Source of the DNA: a virus
Lineage: Duplodnaviria > Caudoviricetes
Reading direction: 5' to 3' (one strand)
Virus record (IMG/VR): IMGVR_UViG_3300044217_003911
Location: 1 to 40,333 of that record
DNA length: 40,333 nt
The notes below the pieces were generated by a model, which made no database searches, had not been told where the DNA came from, and saw only the letters and a program-made list of their open reading frames with translations. The stretch's first letter is position 1. Each line of letters opens with the position of its first letter. Of the stretch, positions 28,146-37,683 are shown piece after piece. Both the position numbers and the translations under genes were made by a program.

Positions 28146-28424
28146 CTACTCCACAGCTATGACAGTTATACCCGTTGGTCCACTATCAAGCACCCAATGC
28201 TTTTCCCAATAAACAGTGGTTCCGCTAAACGTGACTTTATGCGTCGCAATGCTTCCAAGGTTTTTTCCAGTTGCCCAAATGGTAGAGCCTGCAATTTGCG
28301 GATATGATTTAGAGCCCGAGCTATTTTCACCCACAACAAAGTAATCCACATAGCGAGTTAGTTTGTCATTAGCCCTAACAACCAAGTTTCCATCATCGCT
28401 GTAAGTTTCAAGTCCGTGCGCCAT
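28146..28424 (-). CDS. Small tail tip protein
   Basis: MAHGLETYSDDGNLVV motif of the same type; coupled to the fibre gene. Confidence 0.7.
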   Translation of the reverse strand: MAHGLETYSDDGNLVVRANDKLTRYVDYFVVGENSSGSKSYPQIAGSTIWATGKNLGSIATHKVTFSGTTVYWEKHWVLDSGPTGITVIAVE

Positions 28425-29515
28425 TATAGCTGTCCCATTTTGACACGTAACAAGCCACTTCCGTCATAAACTCTAATACCTTGAGCATCTTGTTCGACAC
28501 GGGCTCCTGACCCCGCTGATTTAAGACCAAAGCTACCGTCGGGATGCAACCGCCACCCGGCAGTTGGCCAATTGGTTGATTGAGCAACGCCCGTAAACGT
28601 AGAGGCTTCTGCAACTTGCAAATTATCAACGTCAATTGCATCTGCTCTTATCAAGCCATCCACGGTGGTAATGGGGTCACCGTCGTTGTCCTCGACCTTG
28701 CCGATGGTGATAGGGCCGAGCTTGCCTTCTTCAATGGACCCATCGCGGATGATAGCGGTGTCCAACACCACGGTGGGCGTGTCATCGACATCGTCAACAA
28801 TGAGTGGGTAGACCGGATCATCATCAGGTCCAACCCGCACGGCCAGGCGCGAGGCTTGCAGGATGAGCGTTTCGTCCTCGCTGCCCAGGTCGGCAGGCTC
28901 GTCGGCAAGGTTTTTCGACAAGGTTTCCAGCAAATATCCTGCATCGGGTTCAGGCGAGGCCGATTGACCGTCGGTGCTGTGAGGCGGGCCTTCTACCCCG
29001 GCAGTCGATGTAAACGTGATCCAGTAATAGTAGTTTGGCAAGTTATTATCATCAGGTGCAGTATCGTTGACGGAATCGGTGTAGATCAGGCCGGTATCAC
29101 GCCCCACAAGAGTCGCTTTTGAGAAATTATCGCTGCTGTGTCGATAAATGTTGGTAAAAGCATGGTTATTATAGAGATCTTCAGGTTTGTCCCAAGTTAG
29201 TGTGATATTACCGAAGTGGCTCCCCTCGGCATTAAACCCTTCTGGGGGTGGCGGCGTGCTTCGGTCTTGTTCTTCGCTACTAGCACCCGACTCAATGATG
29301 GAACCAATAGCAGCACCAGGGCGCACGCTAGCCCCCTTTTTGCGCTGACCGATGCCACTTTCCAAAAGATCGCGTAACGTGACCTTTTGATCCAGAGGGT
29401 CCCCCCTAACCCCTTCCCCGGTTTCGGTGATCTCTCCTATCGCCTTTAGGTAGTCACGTTGCTCGCGCGGCAGCTTTGCCGACAGCGGCGGCAAAGTTCG
29501 ACGGCGTTTGCTCAT
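28424..29515 (-). CDS. Tail tip fibre protein (FN3-like domain plus gpJ-like C-terminus)
   Basis: PPPPEGFNA...ITLTWD...YYYWITF; C-terminal IRVYDGSGLLRVKMGQL as in central tail fibre ends. Confidence 0.75.
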   Translation of the reverse strand: MSKRRRTLPPLSAKLPREQRDYLKAIGEITETGEGVRGDPLDQKVTLRDLLESGIGQRKKGASVRPGAAIGSIIESGASSEEQDRSTPPPPEGFNAEGSHFGNITLTWDKPEDLYNNHAFTNIYRHSSDNFSKATLVGRDTGLIYTDSVNDTAPDDNNLPNYYYWITFTSTAGVEGPPHSTDGQSASPEPDAGYLLETLSKNLADEPADLGSEDETLILQASRLAVRVGPDDDPVYPLIVDDVDDTPTVVLDTAIIRDGSIEEGKLGPITIGKVEDNDGDPITTVDGLIRADAIDVDNLQVAEASTFTGVAQSTNWPTAGWRLHPDGSFGLKSAGSGARVEQDAQGIRVYDGSGLLRVKMGQL

Positions 29516-29522
29516 GATGACC

Positions 29523-31142
29523 TCACACTAACTCACTAGGGCTCGATGCGAGCTGCACCGACCGCACCTCGAAACGGCTTTGCACTTCAACTTCCCACTC
29601 CCTGGCCAAGGCATTCCCATCCGGTAGGCGAAAGACCTGGTTTTTCTCGATGTCTTCCTCGAAGACGGTGTTGCCATCAGCGATCAAGCGCAACGTAACC
29701 GGGTACTTAGCGGCGATGACCTTGCCGCACGTCAGTCCGGCATCGCCCGGCGGCACCTCATGGATCCGTGAACGCCAAGTCATCGTGAGGGGATCGCCTT
29801 CGTTCCAGACGATCAGGCTATCGTCATCGATCAGGTAAAGCCGATCGGCGGCCAAGTCGTAGTAACCGGCATCGGCCTCGATGCTAAAAAAGGTAAAGCC
29901 GTCCTGCTGCGAAAAGCGAAAGGCGCCGCCCGCGTAAAATCCCAGGTAGTCACCATCAAAGCGGAAGCCGTGGATTGTGCTTGGATCCAGGTCACGCCAC
30001 TGCGCCCGGCTCATGACTTCGCGGGTCACCACCTGCGCCTCACGGCCACCCACGGCGACCAGGCCGTCGTTGGCGGCATACAGCGCATAGTCCCCCATAT
30101 CGATCAGCGAGTCGGCGGATACACACGGTTGGCGCGAGTCGATTTCAATGGGGACCATGGCGTCGGGACTGGAACCCGTCACCAGGTAGGGCCTGCCCTC
30201 GGTGGTGACCACGAGACCGGCAGCCGTATGCTCAATGGCGACGATGTACTCAGGGAACGCCAGTTGATAGTCGACCGGCCAGGCATGCGGGCGGTAGGCC
30301 ACGCAAAAACAAAGAGTATTATCGAAGAAGCCTGCCAGGATGCCGCCCGGTAACGATGTCAGGCCTTCCATGCGGCTGTCTGGTGGTGTCCATCCTTCAC
30401 TTTGGAGGCCGGCCCCCAATTCCTCGCTGAGAACGTCGTCGGTGTAAGTGTCTGCTGAGGCATCCAGGTCCGCAACGCGCTGGTAAATCCCACCCGACTC
30501 GACGCGATAAAGGCGTTTGGTAACAATGTCGTGATCGCCGCTAGGTATCTCGGGCAGGCTAACCTCGACTTCACCGCCATCAGGGGCGTCATCAACCATA
30601 TCCCAGCGCGCGATGATGCTGCTCGGATTACTTGGCGGTCCTTCCTCACCATAAGTGCTGACCAGAGTCACAACATAGGCTGTGTCCAAGGCGGTATCGG
30701 GTTGATCACTCTCAAACACTCGGTTATCCGGTGCTGATACAGCCGGTATACCGTTCGGAGATGGGATGCCCAAGGCATAGGCCACATTGGGGTAAGGCGG
30801 GTTGCTACTGGTCAATATGTCGATGCCTCCCATTTTTGGGGCACCGTCGCCAGTCCAATAAATGCGCTGATAATCATCGTCAGCCAGCGGTGAGGCGACC
30901 GCGTGAACACGGTTATCCCAGCTCAACCACCAACCATCGCCATCGTTGCCATGCGGGTAGCGAAACAGCGCACGGGGCGTGTTGACCAGGTCGCTGCCAT
31001 CGGCGTTGGCGGCGCCTTTTTCCGGCTTGAGGGTGCCACGGCGTAGATAGACGTTTTCAGCAGTCTGGGCCGCCTGATCGGGAAGCAAGCGCGGATCCAG
31101 AATAGGTATCTCGCCTCTGAATGCGGTGTAGATCAAACGCAT
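29523..31142 (-). CDS. Tail nozzle / stabilisation protein
   Basis: 539 aa beta-rich; FRGEIPILDPRLLPDQAAQTAENV N-terminus, YVVTLVSTYGEEGPPS, PHAWP. Confidence 0.7.
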   Translation of the reverse strand: MRLIYTAFRGEIPILDPRLLPDQAAQTAENVYLRRGTLKPEKGAANADGSDLVNTPRALFRYPHGNDGDGWWLSWDNRVHAVASPLADDDYQRIYWTGDGAPKMGGIDILTSSNPPYPNVAYALGIPSPNGIPAVSAPDNRVFESDQPDTALDTAYVVTLVSTYGEEGPPSNPSSIIARWDMVDDAPDGGEVEVSLPEIPSGDHDIVTKRLYRVESGGIYQRVADLDASADTYTDDVLSEELGAGLQSEGWTPPDSRMEGLTSLPGGILAGFFDNTLCFCVAYRPHAWPVDYQLAFPEYIVAIEHTAAGLVVTTEGRPYLVTGSSPDAMVPIEIDSRQPCVSADSLIDMGDYALYAANDGLVAVGGREAQVVTREVMSRAQWRDLDPSTIHGFRFDGDYLGFYAGGAFRFSQQDGFTFFSIEADAGYYDLAADRLYLIDDDSLIVWNEGDPLTMTWRSRIHEVPPGDAGLTCGKVIAAKYPVTLRLIADGNTVFEEDIEKNQVFRLPDGNALAREWEVEVQSRFEVRSVQLASSPSELV

Positions 31143-31144
31143 CG

Positions 31145-31414
31145 TTACTGCTCCGTTACCACGACCAGAAAATCCACTTCCTTAGTTCGCGCTTGTGTGG
31201 TGTGAATCAAAGGCGAAAATTGATAGTTATTGCCGTCCTCGCCACCCTTGATCCAAAGCTTGACCGCGTTGTCCTCAATGTCGGTGCCGGTCAACTCGAT
31301 GCCGTCTGGAGCTTCCACCTCAACGTCATTCACAGTGTCGTCGTCATTGAGCCAATCGGACATATCGATGTCGTAGTCCAGGTGGTCTCCGGGTTGCTTG
31401 CGAAAGGTCTTCAT
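31145..31414 (-). CDS. Fibre-tail adaptor-like protein
   Basis: FRKQPGDHLDYDIDMSDWL...VKLWIKGGEDG. Confidence 0.65.
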   Translation of the reverse strand: MKTFRKQPGDHLDYDIDMSDWLNDDDTVNDVEVEAPDGIELTGTDIEDNAVKLWIKGGEDGNNYQFSPLIHTTQARTKEVDFLVVVTEQ

Positions 31415-31417
31415 TCG

Positions 31418-33364
31418 CTATCTCCCGATAGTGGTTTTGCGCTCGCTGGGCGCCTGGATCAGCTCGCGTGACTGCCAAGGCAACGCCAGGAGGCGTAATT
31501 GCTCGGCCACGGCCAGCAGGCGTGTCTGGGATGACAGCGCCATGTGGCGTGGACTTCCTTCGCTCAGGAAGGTCAGGTTGGTGCGAAGAATGGCTTTGCT
31601 AGACGCCATGCCATTCGCGGTGGGCACTGCCTGAAAGATAATCCCGAGCCCTGACAGACCAGTGGCCCTGGCCGCGACCGAGGTGGTGAAGGGAGGTTTG
31701 GCGTAGATCCGCGAATCCAACCGACCTAGAGCGCGCGCGGTCCGAGCAGAGTAAAAGGCTGTCAACCGCGCCATGGGCCGGGATACAACTATCGCCGAGC
31801 CGGTGGCTCGAGAACCGGGCCGAGCCAGGCGGTGCTGAGAGGCTAAATCCGTCGCTCTCACCCTGGCTATAGTGACCAACTGGCGGCGAAGGATGATGTC
31901 GCTCGAGTCACGGGCAATCGATATACCGCGCAGTGTGGGGCGGGCTATGGCTCGACAGCGTCCTTGTTGCTTCGCCAATGATGTAACCTGGAGGACGGGT
32001 TTTGCCACGAGATGCGCGCTGAACTCGGTCCTTGAGCTTGCCGTCACTTCCGACGTCAAGGTTTTGCCGTTTGTTAGCTTGGCATCGGCGTGCGCTCGCG
32101 CCCAAATAAAGCCACTTACCAGCTCGCGCTTGCCCAATGGCGACGCCGCGATTGCTTTGGCTACCCCACCCCCTTCCATAACGGCGGCTACCGACAGTTG
32201 GCTATGACTGGACGAGGAAGCAACCGCTGTCGATTCAAAAGGGGGGATAATTACTGTGGGCGGTGATACAGCGCGCCCTGTCACTGAGGTTCTAACGAGG
32301 CGCTTGCGGATTGCCCCCACTTCTTGCTTTGCAAGCGCTACCACTTGAGACGAAGCAATGCGCTTGACGTGCAAAACGCCTTGAGCAGCCGCAGATGCAT
32401 AACTCCTGCTGCTGACTGCGATGCGGGTGCTAATGCGCGCATCGGCCTTGGCGGTCGCTTCGGGAGCTGTTTCGAGCGAGACATTATTGCTTAATGAAGC
32501 CTGGGCGCTTGCCCGCGATACACCAATGGACGGCGACACCGGAACAAGAGCTATGATATTGGCTTCAAGGCTTGTTAAAGCTTTAGCAGTGGCCCTGCTG
32601 GGATTCGTGATTTTCAGGCGTTGAAAGCTAACCTCAGCGCTGGCAATTGCTATCGCACTTATATCAAGCTCAATAGGAACGATCTCGTACTCAATGCGTG
32701 CAAAACCATTCGCGCCATAGCCTGGATTACTAGGGAATCCATCCGAATACGAACCGCCGCCACCAAAAGGGTGACCATCCGAAGTATCAGGGTTTGCCTC
32801 GCTTTCAAAGTCTTCACCGCTTTGCAAACCACCTGGTGATAAAGTGCCACCAAAGTCGGATGTATGGCCGTATTCACCTAGGTACACAAAAGAGGAACTA
32901 TTGCCACCAGGACCGCCATAGCCACCGCCATTGCCGCTGTCTCCAGACCCAACGCTGCCGCCACCGCCACCGTAGTTACCGCCATCGCCGCCAGGATCGT
33001 TAGAACCGGCACCATCGCCGCCGTTGCTGCCCCCAACATTGCCGCCTACTGACAAAATGCCGCCATCACCGGGAGAGGAAAGAGCGTTCTCCCCTGCACC
33101 GCAAACCATGATGGAATCATCATTGTTGTCACGGAACTCAGTCGCGTCTTCAGAACCTCCTTCTCCGACAAAGATGGTGATGGTGTCTCCTGGGTTAACG
33201 TTCAAGTCATGAACGCCACCAGCACCCCCGCCACCAGCTTTGAAAAAGTCATCGTTACCGTCACCGCCTGGCCCAACACCGTAAAGGCGCAGTTCGGTTA
33301 TGCCATCCGGCACGGTAAAGGTGTGTTCACCGGGCTCTTTCCATTCTTTGAAGGTGTAGGCCAT
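31418..33364 (-). CDS. Tail fibre-like protein: glycine-rich N-terminal domain plus Ala/Ser-rich repeat stalk
   Basis: PGEHTFTVPDGITEL..GPGGDG...GANGFARIEY, followed by ~400 aa of A/S-rich repeats. Confidence 0.7.
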   Translation of the reverse strand: MAYTFKEWKEPGEHTFTVPDGITELRLYGVGPGGDGNDDFFKAGGGGAGGVHDLNVNPGDTITIFVGEGGSEDATEFRDNNDDSIMVCGAGENALSSPGDGGILSVGGNVGGSNGGDGAGSNDPGGDGGNYGGGGGSVGSGDSGNGGGYGGPGGNSSSFVYLGEYGHTSDFGGTLSPGGLQSGEDFESEANPDTSDGHPFGGGGSYSDGFPSNPGYGANGFARIEYEIVPIELDISAIAIASAEVSFQRLKITNPSRATAKALTSLEANIIALVPVSPSIGVSRASAQASLSNNVSLETAPEATAKADARISTRIAVSSRSYASAAAQGVLHVKRIASSQVVALAKQEVGAIRKRLVRTSVTGRAVSPPTVIIPPFESTAVASSSSHSQLSVAAVMEGGGVAKAIAASPLGKRELVSGFIWARAHADAKLTNGKTLTSEVTASSRTEFSAHLVAKPVLQVTSLAKQQGRCRAIARPTLRGISIARDSSDIILRRQLVTIARVRATDLASQHRLARPGSRATGSAIVVSRPMARLTAFYSARTARALGRLDSRIYAKPPFTTSVAARATGLSGLGIIFQAVPTANGMASSKAILRTNLTFLSEGSPRHMALSSQTRLLAVAEQLRLLALPWQSRELIQAPSERKTTIGR

Positions 33365-33386
33365 TGTTTACCCACCTATCAAGTTA

Positions 33387-33406
33387 GAAACGGCCCCGAA
33401 GGGCCG
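33387..33406 (-). terminator. Hairpin with UUCG loop (weak terminator)
   Basis: Minus strand cggccc-ttcg-gggccg-tttc directly after gene 33417-33845. Confidence 0.6.
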
Positions 33407-33416
33407 AGGTCATAGC

Positions 33417-33845
33417 TTATTTGTGGATAATCTTGAGCGAACCCGCTGATACCGACACCACGTCATCGGTCTTGAGGTCTCGCGGCTCGTCGAACGCGCC
33501 GTGGTAAAGCAGGTTACCGCCGTCTTCGGCGTCAAATAGCCCCCAATGGCTGATAGTGACATCACCATCGGCAATCGGCGGGAACTCAATGCTATTGGCG
33601 TTTTTGACCTGGCGGCCTTCGCCGTCGTTACTGTCCTCCACGGCGTCCCAGCCATCTTCAATGGCGCCTCCATCAGCGGGATCCTGCCGCACGTAGGCCG
33701 AGTCGGCTAATTCGGTGCCGCTGTTGTCATCGCCGGGATCGCTGGTGAACAACGCCAAGTAGAGGGTCGTGGGGGCGCTATAATCAACACCGTGGAAGAT
33801 GTGTTCCAGCAGGGCTTCTTCGAGATAGTCGGAAAATGCAGACAT
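33417..33845 (-). CDS. Virion structural (tail fibre-associated) protein
   Basis: MSAFSDYLEEALL...LYLALFTSDP...ISHWGLFDAEDGGNLLYHG. Confidence 0.75.
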   Translation of the reverse strand: MSAFSDYLEEALLEHIFHGVDYSAPTTLYLALFTSDPGDDNSGTELADSAYVRQDPADGGAIEDGWDAVEDSNDGEGRQVKNANSIEFPPIADGDVTISHWGLFDAEDGGNLLYHGAFDEPRDLKTDDVVSVSAGSLKIIHK

Positions 33846-33879
33846 TGATCGTTACCTCACGGTAAGTTGTTAATGGAAG

Positions 33880-34434
33880 TCAGATAAAGGGCCGTTGCTT
33901 AACGCGGCGAGCCCCTTTGGCATATCCCATTGCCGCGTTATTTCTGGCCTGGGATATGGCAGCGCTGAAGCGCTGTTCGTGGTGCGAGTAGAGATCAGGA
34001 TTTCGCCACTGCTGTGGCAGCAAGTAGAGGATCTTCCTTGCCCCGTGCCCCAGGGCTTCATGCCAGTAGGTCACCAGATCATCGGGGAGCTGACGCTTCG
34101 GCGCGGGACGACAGGCGATATCGCCATAGACCACCGACGTCTTGATGTCGGCCATGAACTTGACCTGGGTGGGACTGACCTGCTCATAGTCAACGCCCAG
34201 CACCAGAGGTCGGTCATCGGTCTTCAAGCTCACGATGCGCAGCGGCTCGCCCTCGCCCGACGACAACTCGGCGTAATCGGTATCGGCAGCAACCACTACT
34301 GGTCCCGACCGAATAACCCAGACATCGGCCTCCCGACAGAACTCCCGGGACGCGCGACTAATGACGTCCTTGATCGTGGCCCGGGGCGCCGGGATATCCA
34401 TAGCGATCTCGTCAACAAGGTCAGCTAGAGCCAT
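33880..34434 (-). CDS. Head-tail adaptor-like protein
   Basis: 184 aa; position; RASREFCREADVW. Confidence 0.65.
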   Translation of the reverse strand: MALADLVDEIAMDIPAPRATIKDVISRASREFCREADVWVIRSGPVVVAADTDYAELSSGEGEPLRIVSLKTDDRPLVLGVDYEQVSPTQVKFMADIKTSVVYGDIACRPAPKRQLPDDLVTYWHEALGHGARKILYLLPQQWRNPDLYSHHEQRFSAAISQARNNAAMGYAKGARRVKQRPFI

Positions 34435-35083
34435 CGATCTCGCCCTCCGCGTTGCTCATCAAGTCGCCCCCGGTCTTGCCCTTCAGTGAGCGAGCGAACG
34501 CCTGGTAGTGGGCCTGCGACCTACTTCTGTTAGCCTGTCCCTCGGCATCCTTGGCGAACGCCCGGTACAGCACGTAGTCGGTCAGAGCCACGGCGTAGCG
34601 ATCGTCGACGCTCAGGGCATCGTCCCTCACTTCGTCCAGGCTTTCGGTTGCATGCTGTTCCGGCGTTTTGACGTAGGAGCCTTCAACCTTGGTGCCGTTC
34701 TCGGCCGGCGGGTAGACCCAGAAGCTCTCGGGGTTTCGGGGGTCGAGCAGGTAGAACTCGATCTCCGTGGTGCTGGCCTCGGCCTGCCATCCAGGGCGCA
34801 GCTGGTCCAGGTCGGGCCTGTCCATGGGGCGGATGGCATGGCCGTCGCTGGTGGCGTAGAGCTCTTCGAGTCGAGCGCCGTCGGACGGGATCGTCTGACG
34901 CGCCCCTTTTTGAAGCTCCAGCGTATCGTTCTTGCTGTGGGCATCGGGGCGTTGTTCCGCCACGGCAACATACGCCTCGTTGAGCCACTCGATCAGCTCG
35001 CCATCCTTCCAGCGAATCCCCGTGCCTTGCTCTTGGAGGATTGTCTTTGCGCGCTCGATCACAGCGCCGACAGTCTGGGCCAT
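34421..35083 (-). CDS. Head-tail adaptor (DUF6682-like)
   Basis: RAKTILQE..IRW...ELIEWLNEA...FWVYPP...ALTDYVLYRAFAKDAE. Confidence 0.75.
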   Translation of the reverse strand: MAQTVGAVIERAKTILQEQGTGIRWKDGELIEWLNEAYVAVAEQRPDAHSKNDTLELQKGARQTIPSDGARLEELYATSDGHAIRPMDRPDLDQLRPGWQAEASTTEIEFYLLDPRNPESFWVYPPAENGTKVEGSYVKTPEQHATESLDEVRDDALSVDDRYAVALTDYVLYRAFAKDAEGQANRSRSQAHYQAFARSLKGKTGGDLMSNAEGEIDGSS

Positions 35084-35086
35084 GAT

Positions 35087-35428
35087 TTAGAGCTCCTTCA
35101 TGTGCCCAAGCTTGGCGAGGCCTGGCGTCCAGGCAAAAACCCGGCCGTTTTTGGTGCTCTTGAGCCGACGGCCTTGTGCCTTGGCCTGGGGTTTCTGTGC
35201 GCTTTTCTCAGCGGTTTTGGATTTACCCTGGGCTTCCCCATTGCCCTTGTCCTTTTCGCCCGACTTTTCGTCTCCCTGACTTGCTTCAGCGTGCTCGATG
35301 AGTTCGGCACGCAGTGTCTCGAGGCCCTTTCGCTTGCTCAGCTCAAAGCCAAGCTGCTCGGCGATAGGTTCGAGCGACTCCTTGTCCTCGGCACTCTCGA
35401 TCTGTTCAATGATCTTCTCAGCCATCAC
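35087..35428 (-). CDS. Hypothetical protein downstream of capsid
   Basis: 113 aa, AGAGGAG RBS, short helical N-terminal domain. Confidence 0.7.
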   Translation of the reverse strand: MMAEKIIEQIESAEDKESLEPIAEQLGFELSKRKGLETLRAELIEHAEASQGDEKSGEKDKGNGEAQGKSKTAEKSAQKPQAKAQGRRLKSTKNGRVFAWTPGLAKLGHMKEL

Positions 35429-35444
35429 GGTTACTCCTCTGGTA

Positions 35445-35472
35445 TAAAAAACGCCGCCTCGAAGGGCGGCGC
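35445..35472 (-). terminator. Intrinsic terminator after the major capsid gene
   Basis: Minus strand cgccgcc-cttcga-ggcggcg-tttttt. Confidence 0.85.
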
Positions 35473-35489
35473 TCTTATCGTGTCGAGCC

Positions 35490-36431
35490 TTAGCCGCGCT
35501 CGACGTACATGTGACCCATCGCGTCCGGGTCGATGACCTCGAACCCGAAGACGTTCAGACCGCGAATCAGCTTGCCGAAGTCATCCGGGTTGTCGATGTT
35601 CTCCATCGACGTCATCTGGCTCGCGAACGTCAGGGCCTTTTTATGACCGAAGATCACGTTGGTGGCCTGATTGGTGGTGGTTGGATCCTCAACCGTGGAC
35701 ATGTTGTTGCTGATGTATACGGTGAAGCGATCCAAAGTGCCCACCTTGCCGTTGCGGAAGACCGACGTGTTATCCCCCATGATGGAGGCGTCACGCAGAT
35801 CGGACTTCTTGAGCATGCCGTTCATCCAGGACGGTAGAACGATCCAGCGGTTGGTGTCCGGGGCGTTCTGCTCGTCGAGAACGGAGCCAGCGTCGACAAT
35901 GGTGTCAAGGATATTGCCCTTGGTGATGGCCAGCGGGGAATCAGTGGCCCCCATGTTGTAGTTGCCGGAGATCGCCCCGGCCTCCTGGCCGGCGTTGGCG
36001 GCGGCAGCATCTGAATAAACCGACGTGAGTACCTCTTTGTCGACGGCAATCTTCATCTGCTGACCGGCGTCATCGCTCCAGTCATCCATGAGCTGGATGT
36101 CGGCCTGGTAGGCGTCTACATCATTGATCTCGAAAGCGAAATACTTCGCTTTGTTGATCTGGAGCTCTACCTTGTCGCTGGTCGGTTTTTCGTAAGTGAG
36201 ACCACCACCGACTTCGTAGTCGTTGATGGTGATCGACGGCGTGGTACGGATTTCAACCGTGTCACCCTTGTTCTTGATCTCCCCCTCATAATCGGTATTG
36301 GAGATCTCGGCAAAGCAGGTAGAGAGATACAGCTTCTCAACCAGCTTGCCGCTCCACACCTGCGGGATAAAACCCGAGTCGGAGGTGGAGGAGTAGTCAG
36401 GGTGCTGGGCGGCGCGTGTTGGACCTGCCAT
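35490..36431 (-). CDS. Major capsid protein (P22-coat-like HK97 fold)
   Basis: FIPQVWSGKL...NTDYEGEIKNKGDTVEI...KAKYFAFEINDVD...FGKLIRGLNVFG; follows scaffold, precedes terminator. Confidence 0.9.
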   Translation of the reverse strand: MAGPTRAAQHPDYSSTSDSGFIPQVWSGKLVEKLYLSTCFAEISNTDYEGEIKNKGDTVEIRTTPSITINDYEVGGGLTYEKPTSDKVELQINKAKYFAFEINDVDAYQADIQLMDDWSDDAGQQMKIAVDKEVLTSVYSDAAAANAGQEAGAISGNYNMGATDSPLAITKGNILDTIVDAGSVLDEQNAPDTNRWIVLPSWMNGMLKKSDLRDASIMGDNTSVFRNGKVGTLDRFTVYISNNMSTVEDPTTTNQATNVIFGHKKALTFASQMTSMENIDNPDDFGKLIRGLNVFGFEVIDPDAMGHMYVERG

Positions 36432-36487
36432 GGTAAGTCACCTCTTTCAGTCGCCTCACGGCGAGTAATCGGGAACCGCCTGTCGGG

Positions 36488-37486
36488 TTACCTGACCCGA
36501 CCCTCTTTTTGGGCGGCGAAGATGTCGGCTTCGAGTTGCTCAGCCTCCTTGGGGTCAATGCGCCCGGACGCCTTCTGCTTGTAAAAGCGAGTGATGTCTG
36601 CCCCGGTCCAGATCCGCTTATTGCCGCTTCCCTGCGGCGCATCAGCGGTGGTCTTGGTCGTCTGGGGCTCAACGTCTTCCTCGGGGATCTGGCGCTCCCG
36701 GGATTGACTGGAGGACTGGCTATCGATGTGGAGTTTGAAGATGTCGATGACGCCTTTGGCGTCCAGTGCGTTCTGGGCTTCACTCAGCAGCGTTTGACGC
36801 GGCTTCCCTGTTTCAGGGTCGAACTGCGACAGGAACTCATGGAACTTGGGATCCTGGTTAATCTCCCGCCAATGGGGCACGGCCTTCTGGATATCTGTCC
36901 AAAACCGAGCTTCAGCGTCAGCCTGCTTCTCCTGCTCAAAGCGAGAGACGCGCTGGTCGAGCTCGTCGACCCGGTTGGGATCAACATCTGACTGGTTATC
37001 GCCTTTGGCGGTAATCATCCGTTGAACGAAGTCCACGAGATCCTCGCCGAAATCCTCCTTGAACTGCTCGATCTGGGCGTTATCCGGAGCACCGGATTGG
37101 CCGGAGCTGGATTGATCCTGGGTCTCGAGCTCCTGGATTTTTGCGTCCCTGTCAGCGAGATCTGTCTTAAGCTGCCGTACCTCGTCATGCAGCGCTGGCA
37201 CCTCTTTGTTGTACTTCCCTTGGATGACGTCGTGCCGATGCTTCCAGTACAGGGCGTCCTGGTCCTTCGACTGGTTGTCGTCCTTAGGAGGTTCAGCAGG
37301 GGGTTCAGCGGGTTGCTTGTCGTCGGTCGGCGAGGCCTCCAGGTCGGTCTTCGATTGCGGGTTTTGATCGCCTTCATTGGGAGCCGAGTCGTCGGTGGCT
37401 TTCACCTCGTCGGGGTTCTCTTCCGGCGTTTCAAAGTGCTTATCGGCAGCCTGTACCTGTTTGCGAACGGACTGTGGGAGTGACAT
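36488..37486 (-). CDS. Capsid scaffolding protein
   Basis: Acidic, coiled-coil; C-terminal DIFAAQKEGRVR; between portal and capsid. Confidence 0.8.
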   Translation of the reverse strand: MSLPQSVRKQVQAADKHFETPEENPDEVKATDDSAPNEGDQNPQSKTDLEASPTDDKQPAEPPAEPPKDDNQSKDQDALYWKHRHDVIQGKYNKEVPALHDEVRQLKTDLADRDAKIQELETQDQSSSGQSGAPDNAQIEQFKEDFGEDLVDFVQRMITAKGDNQSDVDPNRVDELDQRVSRFEQEKQADAEARFWTDIQKAVPHWREINQDPKFHEFLSQFDPETGKPRQTLLSEAQNALDAKGVIDIFKLHIDSQSSSQSRERQIPEEDVEPQTTKTTADAPQGSGNKRIWTGADITRFYKQKASGRIDPKEAEQLEADIFAAQKEGRVR

Positions 37487-37683
37487 TCCTTTCTCCTGTG
37501 GCGCCTCACGGCGCGACGGTGAGCCGGCAACTGCCGGGGTTCACGATTGAATGCGGGTTCCTTACCAGCTGCAGTCTGGTGTTGGAGCGCATTACCACGA
37601 CAAAGCCGCCTCTGACTGACGGTGGTAAGCCTTGTGAGTCAGAAGCGGCTTTGCGGTGGGGCCGGGTCATGCCCGGCCTGGCG

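Noticed and set aside
27484-33364. Diversity-generating retroelement or invertible tail-fibre shufflon
   Set aside because: No reverse transcriptase, no TR/VR repeat pair and no inverted fibre cassettes seen in the window.
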